64,000 nt of DNA, taken from positions 26,040,001-26,104,000 of the forward strand of contig OX597828.1 of NCBI GenBank assembly GCA_951406725.2, read 5' to 3'. The notes under the pieces were generated by a model that was not told the DNA's origin, ran no database searches, and worked only from the letters and a program-made list of their open reading frames with translations. The DNA is from Octopus vulgaris. Taxonomy: Eukaryota. Below are positions 12,571-29,047 of the stretch, piece by piece. The stretch's first letter is position 1. Each line of letters begins with the position of its first letter. Made by a program: the position numbers and the translations under genes.

Positions 12571-13144
12571 CACCCATTGAGTTATTTCTGAAAATTTAAT
12601 CCAAAAACCTTGAAAGGGTAGCGTGTGTTGTCTCTAATATAGTCGCTCATCTACCAATCATTGAAAAGTGAAGGAAATACGATGATTACTTAATGCACTT
12701 TATATATATACTTTATGTACCTTATACACAATTTTATAGACTTAATACACAACACTCTCCCTCTTTTGCTCTCACTCTTCACCTTACCCTTTTTTCACTC
12801 TCCTTTTTCTTTGGCTCTTCGTCTTCCCCTTCAACTAATCACGTAAAGGCGTTATAGACGGGCTAAGTAACGGAAGAAAACAATTTAGTTAAAAAAATTA
12901 CACATTTCACTCACCACTAACTCTCCATCCCAATCTCCTATCTCCTCCGTATTCTCTCCCTCCTCTCATCTCCCCCTCCCCTATATCTCCCCTCTCGTAT
13001 CTCCTCCTCTACTGGGCGCTCTGTTACGATTTCTTTATATTCCTCTTGATGCCCAAGGACCCAACAATAATTGGTATTACCCTCACCTTCATTTTCCATG
13101 ACCGGACTATTTCGTACGAAAGAGGATTGCATTTGTCTGAAATG

Positions 13145-13940
13145 TGCTGAGCTCGCAGAATCTTTAGCACACCAGACAAAATGCTTCGTCGAATTTCTTC
13201 CGGTTTTACTTTCTGAGTTCAAATTCCGTCGAGGTTGACTTTGCCTTTCATCCTCTCGGGGTCAATAAAATATGTACCAGATGTGCACTGAGGTCGATGT
13301 AATCAACTAGTCCCACCCCCAAAATCAAACATTGTGGTGCCTACAGTAGAAAGGATTATTAAGGCGCAAAATAACTGAATCATTAGCATGTCGGTCGAGA
13401 TGTTTACTGTTATTTCTTCCGGCTTTACGTTCTGAGCAGCATTTCCGCTGCGGTCGGATTTGTCATTCATCGTTTCGAGGTCGATAACATAAATACCAAT
13501 TGAGCAGTGAGATCGATATAATTGATCACCACTTCCATGCAAAATTTCCGCAACGGCGGAATTCGAGTTCGGAACGTAAAGCCGGAAGAAAAGCTACTGA
13601 GCATTTTCTTCGGCGTGCCAGATGACACTAATAATTATTTCTTTATTGCCCACAGGGGACTAAACATAGAGGGCTAGAATGGGATTAAATTGATTAAATC
13701 GACCCAGACGAAATACCTACTTCTTTACTACCCACAAGGGGCTAAACACAGAGAAGACAAACAAGGACAGATAAACGGATTAAGTCGATTATAATAGACC
13801 CCAGTGCGTAACTGGTACTTAATTTATCGACCCCGAAAGGATGAAAGGCAAAGTCTACCTCGGCGGAATTTGAACTCAGAACGTAACGGCAGACGAAATA
13901 CCGAAAAGCATTTCGCCCGGTGTGCTAACGATTCTGCCAA
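13145..13940. mobile_element. Cluster of four SINE B copies (two +, two -)
   Basis: 13145-13360(+), 13362-13550(+), 13550-13620(-), 13635-13940(-, duplicated tail). Confidence 0.85.
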
Positions 13941-13971
13941 ATGACATTAATAATAACAAAACAGTAGTAGT

Positions 13972-14038
<67 letters not shown>

Positions 14039-14485
14039 ATTGTTGTTGTCGTAGTAACAACAACAACAACAACAACAGCAATAATAGCAATGCAGCAACT
14101 TGACATTTTTTTTACTGCCTCGAAGTTGTATTTTTATTTTTATTTTTGTATTACATTTTCTTATGTTTTTATTTTTTTATTTTCGTTGACGAGTAATTGT
14201 GTTTGAAGCCTATCTTAATTGCTAACTGACGAAAACAGCTTAATGAGGCGCTAAATATGTTTAGGACATAACAATTTACTGACAATTTAGAATTATTCCT
14301 ATTTTTTTTAGTTGGTTTTTAGTTAGCTTTTCAAATTATTTTTTTGTTTTTGTTTCCTCATGTTTACGTTTTTATTTTTGCTTTTTAGCTTCCGTGTTTT
14401 TCATAACAAAATAAATGTTGAAATTTGTATGAGTGTTTGTGTGTGTATGTGTGTGTGTGTGTGTGCGTGCATGTATGTGTGCGTA

Positions 14486-14532
<47 letters not shown>

Positions 14533-14750
14533 GTATGGATGCATGTGTGTGTATATATATATATATATATATGTATATGTATATACATATGTGTGTGTTT
14601 GTGTGAATTTATTATTTAAATTTTGGAATAAAAATTTGAAAGAAAGAAGCAGTGCAATACGATAGCAGGACAGACAGACAGACGGACGGACGGACGGACG
14701 GACGGACGGACGGACGGACGGACGGACGGACAGACAGATAGACAGACAGT

Positions 14751-14822
<72 letters not shown>

Positions 14823-14893
14823 CTGGTTCGGAGAAAAAGGTGAGGTGGATAGAAATGAAGGTTCATGCTCCGAATTGAGAGGTGGAGGGGTAA

Positions 14894-14925
<32 letters not shown>

Positions 14926-15254
14926 ATGAATAAATACAGAGAGGAAGAACTGAAAGGTGTAGGAATGAGGCAGAGTGAGCGAAATGTGTAAAAGAGAGAA
15001 AAAAAAAAGAGAAAGAGAGAGAGAGAGAATTAAAAAAATAGTGAAACAAAGAGACATAAAAAGTGCGTGACAGAAAGATTCCCGTATTTTTTAATTGGTT
15101 GAAAATAATTCAGAATTTTTAACGAACTAAATTGAAAACAAGGATAGCAAGACATAGAGATCAATTTTAATGGTTTCACCAAGTATACATATATATTACA
15201 TATATATATATACATATATATACATATACATATACATATATATACATACATATA

Positions 15255-15299
<45 letters not shown>

Positions 15300-16141
15300 G
15301 CATACACATAAACCCACACATACACACACACATATTTTGGAACGGTGAATTTCGAAGTAGATAAGGCTATAAATAATAGCGTGTAAAATATTGGATTAAA
15401 GAACTCTTTGCAGGAAAAAAGTTGAAGGCTGACCAATATTTTAACAAAACATTTACACGCTATTATTTATAGCTTCATCTGCTTCGAGATTCACCGCTCC
15501 AACAAAGAATTATTTCACATTTACGAAGTTTCTATAATGTTGTGACGTCAATATTGTATATATACATACACACACACACACACACATATGTGTGTGTATA
15601 TATATATATATATATATAATAATTATTTGAGAGAATATTATTCCTAACTTACAGGGAAAAATTCAATTTAGAAAAATACTAAATCAAATTTCACAAAATA
15701 TAATATATATATAAAAATTAGAGAAAAAAACACCTTTTATCAATTCAAAATGAACAATTAAATTACACCATCTAGAGGGATAGGAATGAGATTGAAATTG
15801 GTTTGAAGTCATTGAGAATTTTCAACGACCAAAAATGATGGAATGTCTGAATGGTAAATTTCGTTGAATTCAGTCGACAGCGGCGGCGACGATGAATACG
15901 ATGATGATGATTGTAACAATGGTGAGATGGAGGATGAAGCGAAGGAAGAAGATGGATGGACGGATGGACGGACGGGTGGGTGGATTGATGGATGGATGGA
16001 TGGATGTCATATGGTGTGAGAATAAAACAACTCTTGCTTTTTAATCTGTTCGGGATGCTTCCATCAGCTCCTTCTTCAGTTTAGTTTTCATAACGATCAA
16101 GTCCTATCACTACAACATCCTCCTTCCTCCTCCCTTTCCAA

Positions 16142-16190
<49 letters not shown>

Positions 16191-16809
16191 CTCTCACTCT
16201 CATCCAATTCATTTTGTTCTAACATGTCCCAATGACAAGCCTGCCAAAACGACCGGAGGTGATTTAGACGCAAAAGAATCCGTGTTCATATCAGCATGAA
16301 ACACGGTGGATCCGATTACATATTTTTGCTGCCTCCCTGTGGTTTGGTGTGAAATGATTTGGTATAACAACCATGTGGTTAATGGCTTCAACAAAGATAT
16401 TGCTGCCGTCATATAACATTCAATACTATTCGATAATTTCAACCGGGTTTCGTTTCCATCCTACTTATTCTACCCAACCATGGCAGATTCAAAAGAACCC
16501 TTCCATTAAGTATTAACCCTTCATTCAGTATTTCTTTCTCTCCCTCTGTCTCTCTCTCTCTCTCTCTCTCTTTCTCACTCTGTCTCACTCTGTCTTTCTC
16601 TCTCTGTCCATCTCTGCCTTTCTATCTCTTTTATTCACACGCGAGTTCACCCATTATACACGCTCGTTCGTTTTAAACAGTTGAAGTATATCCCTAGTGT
16701 ACAAGTTTATCAAGTTTGAGATTCTTCCGGTTTCCGAGGCATCTAAATGGCGCCAAGATCAATTTTGTCTTTCCTTGTTTTCGGAATCGATATAACAAAG
16801 AACCAGCGG

Positions 16810-18222
16810 AGAGCGATGACTTGGAAAAAATTTTGGAGCATTGTTGAAAATGTGTTACGGTAATTGTTCCATCTTTGCATTCTGAACTGAAATCCCGGCG
16901 AGAACAACTTTACCATTATTCTTTCGGGATTGATAAACCAGGGAAGTTGATCAACAGGATTTTTAAGCTGTTGTCCTCTGTAGCATTTGTTCCTGTTCTA
17001 TACAATCTAAGCTTGCCTGTGATACCTATTTCTTTATTGCCCACAAGGGGCTAAACACAGAGAGGACAAATAAGGACAGACAAACGGATTATGTCGATTA
17101 CATCGACCCCAGTGCGTAACTGGTACTTAATTTATCGACCCCGAAAGGATGACAGGCAAAGTAGACCTTGGCGGAATTTGAACTCAGAACGTAGGCGGCG
17201 AACTGGCAGAAACGTTAGCACGCCGGGCGAAATGCGTAGCCGTATTTCGTCTGCCGTTATGTTCTGAGTTCAAATTCCGCCATACCCTTGGACACCATAA
17301 AGTAGCAGTCAAATACTGGGTCGATTTAATCGACTAATCTCATTTACCAAAAGTCCAGGCCTTCTTCTTAAATCAGAAACACGTGAATAGTGAATTAGCG
17401 GCATCGTTAGAGCCTGCAACAAAATGTCTTGCAGTAAAGTTTTCAAATTTTACAAGTTCAGATCCTATCAAGGTCATCTTCGCCATGATCCTACTGAGAT
17501 GGATTAATCCATTTCTATAACATTTTAGGCTTTAAACCTAAATTAGAAACATGTAAATGGTGAAATAGCAGAATCATTAGAGCATCGGAAAAAAAAAACA
17601 CCTGTCAAATTTTACGTTCTGAGTTCAAATCCTGTTGAAGTCAAATGCTCCATTCTTTTCTCCGCGATCGATAATATAAAGTGCTAATCAAATTCAGTCG
17701 GTTGATTTCAGTGTTTTACCTGCTTACACAAAATTTCAGATTTTGTGTTTGAAACAATTCTTTTTAAAAATGTTATTATCAATATTACTTGTGAGGCGGC
17801 AAAGTGGCAGATTCATTGCCGTACTGGAAAAAGTGCGGCATTTCTATCGCTTTTTACGTTCTGAGTTCAAGTACCGCAGGAGTTGAATTTGTCTTTCATT
17901 CTTTTGGAGTCGATAAAATAACTACTAGTCAAGTACTAGACTCAGTGTAATCGACTTACCCGATCCCTAAAAAAAAAAAAACTGCTGCCCCTGTGTCAAA
18001 ATTTGAAACCATTATAAATATTATTAAGGTGGCGAGCAGGCAAGATCGATGGCGCTCCGGTAAAATGCTTAGCGACATTTCGTCCGTCTTAACGTTTTCA
18101 GTTCAAATTCCACCAACGTTGACTTTGCTTTTCATCCTTTCGGAGTTGATAGAATAAGATCCAGTTTAGCACTGTGATTAATGTAATCGACTGACTTCTT
18201 TCCCCAAAATTTCAGGCCTTCC
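16810..18222. mobile_element. Cluster of about eight SINE B copies of differing age
   Basis: Repeated gttctgagttcaaat and catcctttcgg motifs; young copies at 17027-17193(-), 17194-17283(+), 18027-18222(+). Confidence 0.85.
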
Positions 18223-18644
18223 GAAATATATATATATATATGTGTGTGTATGTGTGTGTATGCATATGCATATGTATGTGGTGTGTGTGTGTTTGTGTGT
18301 ATACTCACACACAGCAATGTGCGTGTATTTGTCGTATGTCAATATGAGACTCAGGGAACATAATTGTTGCACACAGGTACAATTTATAATGATCATAAGT
18401 CAAAAATCTGCCGCCGTTTACCGATCCCAGCGGAAGAATACTCTCTTCATTTTTTTCTAGAAACGTCCTTCTTAAAAAGCATAAAGGCCATGGCAACACA
18501 TTGCTTGCATTTTTCAAGTGTTAGGACCTTTTAAAAAATAAAAATAAAGATCTAAGATTCATGCGACGTACATTTTGTGTATGTATGTGTATATATGTTT
18601 ATTGAATGTGCGAATATGTGCGTGCGCGCATGTATGTGTGTACG

Positions 18645-18706
<62 letters not shown>

Positions 18707-18839
18707 TGTGTGAGTGTGTATATATGCATATATATACATATATAAATATAGACATATATATATATATTATATATGAGTTTCCCAGACAGAAAGAAAGAGG
18801 AGAAAATTGAGAGAAGCACATGTATGCATGTATGGATGA

Positions 18840-18908
<69 letters not shown>

Positions 18909-19505
18909 TGTGTATACTCACACACAGAAATGTGCGTGTGTTTGTCGTATGTCAATATGAAACTCAGGGAACGCATGTATGTATGTACATATGTATGCAT
19001 GCTGTGGAAAATGCATGTATAATACACATATGGTGCACATCAATTACTGCAGAACAGGCCCCGAACGTCTACGAAGCAGACGCCATTCCAGACACGCTTC
19101 GATGAGCAGCAAATGCTTTAGTTTATAATGCATTCGCTGATAAACACGCATTCATTACGCACGCGTTTCTGTGTGTACAATCTTTCTACATGCAGCAGTT
19201 TTGGACACATATCTTCTTACATGTGATAAATGAAAATAATCTTGCTCGCACATACTTTCGTATCTGTACACGCATACCTGAACTCACGCATGCGCAAACA
19301 AGTAAAGGAACGGAACAAAACAAAAAAAGTACAACAATCGAATATCGCCACCCACACGAAAATGCACTCAAATGCATGCACACCAAGGTGCATGTACAAA
19401 CACGAATGCTTACATGCATATAGTAATGGCTATTCAGGTGAGTTCCTCAATACATCTCTCTCTTTCTCTGTCACTTCTTATACACACACACACATATGTA
19501 TATAC

Positions 19506-19566
<61 letters not shown>

Positions 19567-19575
19567 AATATATAC

Positions 19576-19613
<38 letters not shown>

Positions 19614-19614
19614 G

Positions 19615-19646
<32 letters not shown>

Positions 19647-20096
19647 TGTATGTATGTATGTATGTATGTATGTATGTATGTATGTATGCATGTATGTATG
19701 TATGTATATATATACATACACATATATATATATATAGTGTGTGGACGAGGAACTATGTTAGAAAATGAACTTCATTTGGTCACATTCCATTGAGAGTGTC
19801 TTGCTCAGATTATGAACATTTCAGCCGACCCTCATAATAATTAAAAATTATTTTTATACCTGCATTTGTTTTAATGTTAACATTGGAAAAATCCCAATTT
19901 TTCATTAAAAAAATTTGGACCTGTGTTTGCATCACCTTAGCAAATTTTGTTGCTGGGCCACTGTCCATTTGATAGAGTTTATGAACAGATAGAATAAGTA
20001 CCAGTCATATAACGAGGTCGATACAGTCAACTTCCTCTTCTCAAAATTGCTGGCTTTGTGCCAGATTTACTATTATTATTATTATCATTATTATTA

Positions 20097-20158
<62 letters not shown>

Positions 20159-20509
20159 TTTAGATTTTTTAAAATTTCAATGGGAAAGGGATGTGAGGGC
20201 TGAGCGAGATATACTGCCCCATATGCTGAATGTGGCGACGATGACCTAAGTGAGTGGTCTTACTTTAAGCCGTTTTCTACAAACTGAGAAGTACGAAGAA
20301 ATGAAGAGTACTTGACTCGGTACATCCGGTGAGTAAGGTGGTTCATGTTATTGCTCCTGGGTGGCATTTGTTTCTATTCAGCAATTTGTTCGTTAGAAAT
20401 CGTGTCAACGATGAAAAAAAAATAACAATAAAAATATCCTATATAAATCTTCGCTGACCTTTGCGTATTGCCCTAAATTTTTCGCGGCCCTATTGGCCGA
20501 TAAAGAAGG

Positions 20510-20539
20510 AATATTATTATTATTATTATTATTATCATA

Positions 20540-20614
<75 letters not shown>

Positions 20615-20642
20615 ACTATTATCATCACCATCATTATCATCA

Positions 20643-20710
<68 letters not shown>

Positions 20711-20725
20711 GTTATGACTATTAAT
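20510..20725. repeat. (TTA)n/(TCA)n microsatellite
   Basis: Direct reading. Confidence 0.98.
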
Positions 20726-21218
20726 ATTGTTCTTGATCTTCTTGATCATTTTTACATTCTCCATATTCTGTTTGGTTTGTTTCTCTAAAAAAAACTCTTT
20801 TCTTCCCTCCTTTCTTCCCTCCTTTCTTCCCTCTTTCCCTCTTTCTTTCTTTCTCTCTCTCTTCTTCTTTCTGACCTCTCTCTCATTCCCCTTCCCTCCC
20901 CTACACCTCTCACCTTTTAGGATTTTTTTTTTGTGGATGACCATGTAGGATTTCAATGCTTGAAAGGTCACATGATTTTGTGCCAAAAACTACTTCCTAA
21001 AAATACAATCAAGTAAATAAACAAACGAACAAAACAAAACAAAGCAAAACAAGAGAGGAAATAAAAGCGGAAACCTGTTCGGGGATACATCTCAATCTTA
21101 AACCTCCGATACATTTTCACACATCTCTCCCCCCTCTCTCTCACTCTCTTCCCACTCTCTTTCTCTCTCTTCCCTCTCTCTCTCTCTCTTACTCTGCCCC
21201 TTCTCTCTCTCTCTTTCT

Positions 21219-21291
<73 letters not shown>

Positions 21292-21370
21292 CATATATAT
21301 ATACATATATATATTTACATATATATATACAGATATATATTCATACATATATATATATGTATGTATATAT

Positions 21371-21441
<71 letters not shown>

Positions 21442-21445
21442 CATA

Positions 21446-21520
<75 letters not shown>

Positions 21521-21960
21521 CCATCTAACGAGCTATCTCTCTCACTCTTTCTGATTTTGTCCTTATCTCTTCTCCTCCTCTTCTTGTCTTGGTCTTCTTC
21601 TTCACGGCTGCTGTTGTCCATCTGATAGTGCAATAGTCTATTATATGGAGAACTGAAGTTTTCCTATCAATATTCAACCATCAGACCCGGATTTGTGAAA
21701 TAACAACAACAACAACAACAACAATAATAATAATAATAATAATAACAAATAGAGCCTACCCCTCTGCTACCCCAATCTTTATATTGCTCTTTTACAACTT
21801 GTCTCAAAGAACGTTCATTATTCTGTTTTCTTTTATTGGTTCACGTTCATGTCGTGGCATTTACTCTCGACACTTAAACCAGTTTTCTTGAATTCACACA
21901 GTGATTTTCGGTAAGGGCTATTGTGGAAACACCACCACTAACACTGCTACTACTATTACA

Positions 21961-22088
<128 letters not shown>

Positions 22089-22094
22089 TGATGA

Positions 22095-22752
<658 letters not shown>

Positions 22753-23296
22753 TTATAATAATAATAGTAATAACAACAAGAAGAACTCGAGGTCTAAGAG
22801 GTTGAACTTCGTGTTGTCCGTATTATGTCGCTTAAGTATCTAAGATCGCTTAAGGCATCTCTCAAATCTTTTTTAGTAAAAAAAAAAAATGAAAAATAGA
22901 CAACAAAATTAATAACGAAATAAAAGCCAACCCAAAAGCTGTTACTTTGATTCCAGCAAATAAGATTTTCTTTAGTAAAACAGAAAGACAAAGGAAATAT
23001 CCTTGTGAAGTAGCTCTTTTTAAGGAATCACAGAATTAAAATTACCTCGATTTTAATTATCACCAGGTGTAACATCGTGAATACAATACCTGCAGATATA
23101 TCAAGTTTGCATATTCGATACAGTCATGCACACGCACAGATCCGTCCATTCGTTCATCCATCCATACATGCATACACATATGCATGTATATATGTATGTA
23201 TATGTGTATATGTGTGCGTGCATGTAAATGTATATATATACACACATACATGCACACAGATATATATATGTATGTATATATATGAGTATATATATA

Positions 23297-23399
<103 letters not shown>

Positions 23400-23471
23400 C
23401 ATATAAGAATGTTGCAAATACCTGTAATAAAATTGTAGATGTGGAAAATCTCCGTTCCCCTGACCATTATA

Positions 23472-23808
<337 letters not shown>

Positions 23809-23937
23809 TATATATATATATATAAAGTATAGAAGCCATCTTATCATGGCTTCTATACTTTATCATGATAAGATGGCTTCTATACTTTACATTATCGAGC
23901 GATTACTGTTTCAATCTCATTCTGAGATTTAATTATG

Positions 23938-23991
<54 letters not shown>

Positions 23992-24536
23992 GGAGATGGT
24001 GAGTTTTAATAATGGCAATACGAGGTGAGGAATAAAACAAAATAAAATATGTCGTTGCCAATAAAAAACAAAGTTGTTGAAACGTTCCGTTTTTTAATAT
24101 TCCATGGTTATAAACTAACTCGGAGAACTCTTCTCACGCTACCTGAATAAGGGAATTTTTTCATCCCCAAATATAGGAATATTAAAAACGGAGTTTTAGA
24201 TATTTCTACATCATTCTCAGTTACTCATTCCTTTCTCGCATTGCCATAATGTTTTATTAAAACTCGCCCTGTAGCTCACACATAACAATGCTTCAAATGA
24301 ATTTTCAAGCACACACAGACGCGCGAGCACACACACACGCACACACACACACATGATTAATGGAAATCAACAGAAGTGGCAGAAGAAATATGTTTACAGC
24401 TGTTTCGTAATCTGTTTTCAGTTGTCATCGACACCACAGCTTACCATTACATGTATAGTTATATGTGTGTGGAGCGCTTTCGTGCCAGTAATGTAACTGA
24501 ATATGGATTACGAAACAGCTCTGACCATAGCTTATG

Positions 24537-24752
24537 CAGTGATCCCTCGACTATCGCGCTTGTTACGTTCCAAAACTCACCGCGATATGTGAAAATTCGC
24601 GAAGTAGAAACAATACTATATATTTTTTAATTATTTTTATAATTACTATATATTTATTGTATTATAAATGCAAAACAACACAACGGAGGAATCAATATAA
24701 GCTTAAATTATAAACCGCGATAGGTGAACCGCAATATGGCGAGGGATTACTG
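24537..24752. mobile_element. pogo/Tigger-type MITE
   Basis: TIRs cagtgatccctcgactatcgcg / cgcaatatggcgagggattactg followed by TA. Confidence 0.8.
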
Positions 24753-24843
24753 TAAATAGTTTTTTTATACCCCCAACGTTTCTTGAATGTCTGGATTTTC
24801 AAACGTTGATGTTAAATAATACTTTAAACGCAATTATATCTTT

Positions 24844-24882
<39 letters not shown>

Positions 24883-24883
24883 C

Positions 24884-24931
<48 letters not shown>

Positions 24932-25006
24932 ATGTATGTATGTATGTATGTATATATGTATATATATGATGTATATATATATATATATATAAAGTATATA
25001 TAAAAT

Positions 25007-25200
25007 GGCGGCGAGCTAGCAGAATCGTTAGCATGCTTAGCGGTATTTCGTCTGTCTTTACGTTCTGAGTTCTGAGGTCGACTTTGCCTTTCATCCTTTC
25101 GAGGTCGGTAAATTAAGTATCAGTTGCGTACTGGGGTCGATCTAATCGAGTGCCCCCCCCCCAAAAAAAAAATTTCAGGCCTATATTGAAAATAAGGATT
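25007..25200 (+). mobile_element. SINE family B
   Basis: ggcggcgagctagcagaatcgttagca...gtcgactttgcctttcatcctttcg. Confidence 0.9.
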
Positions 25201-25245
25201 ACTCTAAATTAACAATAGCACTACTTTAATTATATTCTGCCTTTT

Positions 25246-25332
25246 AAGACCAACACATGTTTCAGTTGCTCCAATTCGTAACCGTTGCAATTGCACCCCT
25301 ACTATAAAACGGTGCAGTCACTTCAGGGTCTT
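25246..25332 (-). ncRNA. Decayed type I hammerhead motif with long stem II
   Basis: aagacc-CTGAAGT-(~55 nt containing tgcacc/ggtgca)-GAAA-catg-T-G-tt-ggtctt. Confidence 0.4.
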
Positions 25333-26189
25333 AACTTGATATTCCTCGGTGTGACCGTTGATTGATTTTCTTTTATAAACTCTGCATTGTATAAGAAAAA
25401 CTTCAGCACCCGTAGACAGTCACCAACAGTATGCATCCACACACACACACACAGAGAGACACGTACATACACATACACACATACACCTACATTGATACAT
25501 ACATACATGTTTAAATATATATGTATATACACACATATATATATATACATATACATATATATACATACACACACACACATACACACATACACACACACAC
25601 ATACACATATATATATATAATTAATAATATCAAAGGGTAATCAGAAATGTTAGAAATTTCCATTACTAGTGGCCGAGTCTGTAAAAATTTAGTCAATAGT
25701 CTATATATTATTCACATAAATTCAGTGTACATTTAAACACATAAGAGGCATCCATCATAGGACTCCTTGCACGCTAGAGAGGGCAGTTAAATTCCAAACC
25801 ACTATTAGGGATAAAATTTCGAAGGGAATGAAAAATAAAAACATTTACCATCTAACTCCTGGACCAATGGTTTCAGACTTTTTTTCTTTTTTATCAAATA
25901 AAACTATTTGCTAGGCGAAGTCTTCTTCAGCAGGTACACCTTAGATTAAATTTATATACACGAGGCAATCCAGTATATGCCCCATGCTTATACATTCTAA
26001 TTTTTCAAATCTACCGCGCAACCGCAGCTCCTTGTCGGCAGTAAATAAAATTGCCGGCTTTTCAATTCGAAAATTATCCAGAAGAAATTATCAATATCCC
26101 AACCACAAAATAAAGTATTTAAAGAAATAAAAATGATCAAAATTTTTAAAATGTCTACAAGATTATAACTGGGAATTAACATTTTATTC

Positions 26190-26710
26190 TACGTAGCCGC
26201 CTTCGCAGTTCGGCCTTTGTGTTAGAGGCAGAGCGGTTGATGTCTTTCCCAACCGCGCCCTACTCCTAGTAATCCATGGAATTATAATCGGGTGAATTAA
26301 AAGGTCAGAAATTGGGGAAGTCGTGGAAATTCTCCGAAATCACTTCCGACTCTGTGGCAAGGAGCCGAATCCGGCTATAACATGTATGGCCTTTAGATAG
26401 CAATCCTCTTCAACCAGGATTTGGCCACAATCTCCTACAACTTCTAGTAGCTGTATGGATTGAGCCTAGGGCCCTGTTCAAAGGCGTGAGGAGGCATGAA
26501 GTCACCTTCACCAGAGGCAAATTCAAAGACTCATCACATATTGGAGGAACATGTTGTTCATGTTATGTCCATGTCATGTCTTACAATCGTTGCAGTGTTC
26601 ACAGAGCATTGAGCAGCAGTCATCATGTCAGCATTTTGATATCCAGCGCGAATCCTCATGATACAGGTAACTCTTTTACAATACTCAGATGGCTTCCAGC
26701 CCACCATGTC
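26190..26710 (-). pseudogene. Tc1/mariner DD37D (maT-like) transposase relic, internally deleted
   Basis: N-terminal HTH-like WKPSEYCKRVTCIMRIRAG; EGDFMPPHAF; RPYML*PDSAPCH; F*PFNSPDYNSMDY*E*GAV. Confidence 0.8.
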
Positions 26711-27259
26711 AGTTAGCTTTTTCTCAACTACAACTTTAAGCATTATGCTTTCCAACGTCGTCGACTTTCCTAAATACATAAAAAAATATACATCAAGTTG
26801 ATCCCTAAAAAAGTGGGAGACATAAAAAAATCGTCTAATTTCGACTGAACACCCAGTATGTTTCCATGCTTCACGTAAATATATTTCTATCAAGTCCAGT
26901 TGTGTTCAACTGCATTATTACCGTCATATCCATCTAGATTTCTCTTTAAGGCCCTGTCGAAGAGGTCGGAATTTAAGTTCAAATTCATTCGTGCACAATT
27001 ATGTGTTTTCTATACAGAACTTATCTACCTCTCACCTCCTGACCGTATATGTGTGTGTCTGCATGTGAGTGTGTGTGTGTATGTATATATATATATATGC
27101 ATATATATGTATGTATATATGTATATATATGCACATATATGTATGTATATATGTATATACATATATATATATATATATACATATATACTTTTATATCATT
27201 ACATATCTAATCATATATATATATATGTATACACACACACGCAGACACACATACATACA

Positions 27260-27302
<43 letters not shown>

Positions 27303-27654
27303 CAGAGACAAACACGAACTAGAAATCACTCCTATCCAGTAATATTTATAACACAGACACACACAAGGAAAGATTACCATTGGTCCAATAAGATATATTA
27401 GATTTTAGCTTTCCGCCATATTAAGCGATGAGAGATAGAAAAATGATGTAACAAGAAAAGTACAAAAATTAGCGAGGATATTATAATAAGAAATAAGAAA
27501 AAATCAAGAAAATATACAATAATAAAGACGAAAAAACAGCAATAATAACAACGCAACAAAACATACAAGAAAAAGAATAAATAAATTCAAGTTAATAAAA
27601 GATGCAATGACAAAGACATCTCACTCTTTATGACAACCATTTTGGGCTGTCGTC

Positions 27655-27685
<31 letters not shown>

Positions 27686-27919
27686 GTGTTCATGGTGGGA
27701 GGGGTGTGGAATTAATTTTGTTGTTTGTGGTATGTTTTGTTTGTGAGTTGTTTGATTTGTGACATTGTACACTCACACAAACACACACACACACACGCAA
27801 ACTGATACACGTACACTCACGTAGACACACGTACACACAGGCCATCTCTTACCCCTCTTTCACTCTCATTCTCTCATACTGTGTGTGTGTCTGTATCTGT
27901 GTATCTGTATGTATGTATG

Positions 27920-27963
<44 letters not shown>

Positions 27964-28392
27964 TATATATATATATTTATATATTCATGTATAAATACTC
28001 ACACGCGTTGATATGTACATGTAATATATGTATCTGCATGTATGTATGTATGTATGTATGTATGTATGTATGTATGTATGTATGTATGTATGTATGTATG
28101 TATGTTTGTGCGTTTGCATGTATGTATGTATATGTGTATGTCTGTATCTTTGTGCGTATGTATACATACAAATATGAGGTAAAATCCGGAGCAGCTTCAT
28201 TAAACTATATGTGTGTATATATTCCTTTCTACGCACTACTTTCATTTATATATTCATTTATAAATTATCCAAAAATATCAACAAAATGATATAGCTTTAA
28301 AAACACGCATACACATGCACACATACTTGTGTGAGTGCGTGTGTATATATAAAGATGTATATTTGTTTATAAATATATATATATATACATAC

Positions 28393-28445
<53 letters not shown>

Positions 28446-28455
28446 GATATATATG

Positions 28456-28505
<50 letters not shown>

Positions 28506-28541
28506 TGTATATGTATATATGTGTATGTATATATATACATC

Positions 28542-28614
<73 letters not shown>

Positions 28615-28949
28615 ACACACACAAACACACTTACACACAATATATATTACATAAACAATAGCTAAAAGTCGACAGTCAAAAAGATACAAAGAATATCTTC
28701 CTAAAAACAACAGCTGAAAAAATGGCTCAAAACAACATTTAATCTTTTTTTAATTGTTTACTAATTTCACTTCATTTTTGATTAATTTTTGTTCTTACCA
28801 TTATTTTTATTTTTCTCTTGATTTTATTATATTTTTTGTGTTGTTTTATTTTCAGTGTGAAATCACTTTGGTTTTCACTGTAGTGATGTGTGTTTTTTTA
28901 TCAATTTTCAACTAGAAGATTATTTTAATATGTATGAATGTATGTTTGT

Positions 28950-29047
<98 letters not shown>

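Noticed and set aside
16810-18222. CRISPR-like or satellite array
   Set aside because: Units are ~200-bp diverged SINE copies in mixed orientation, in eukaryotic context
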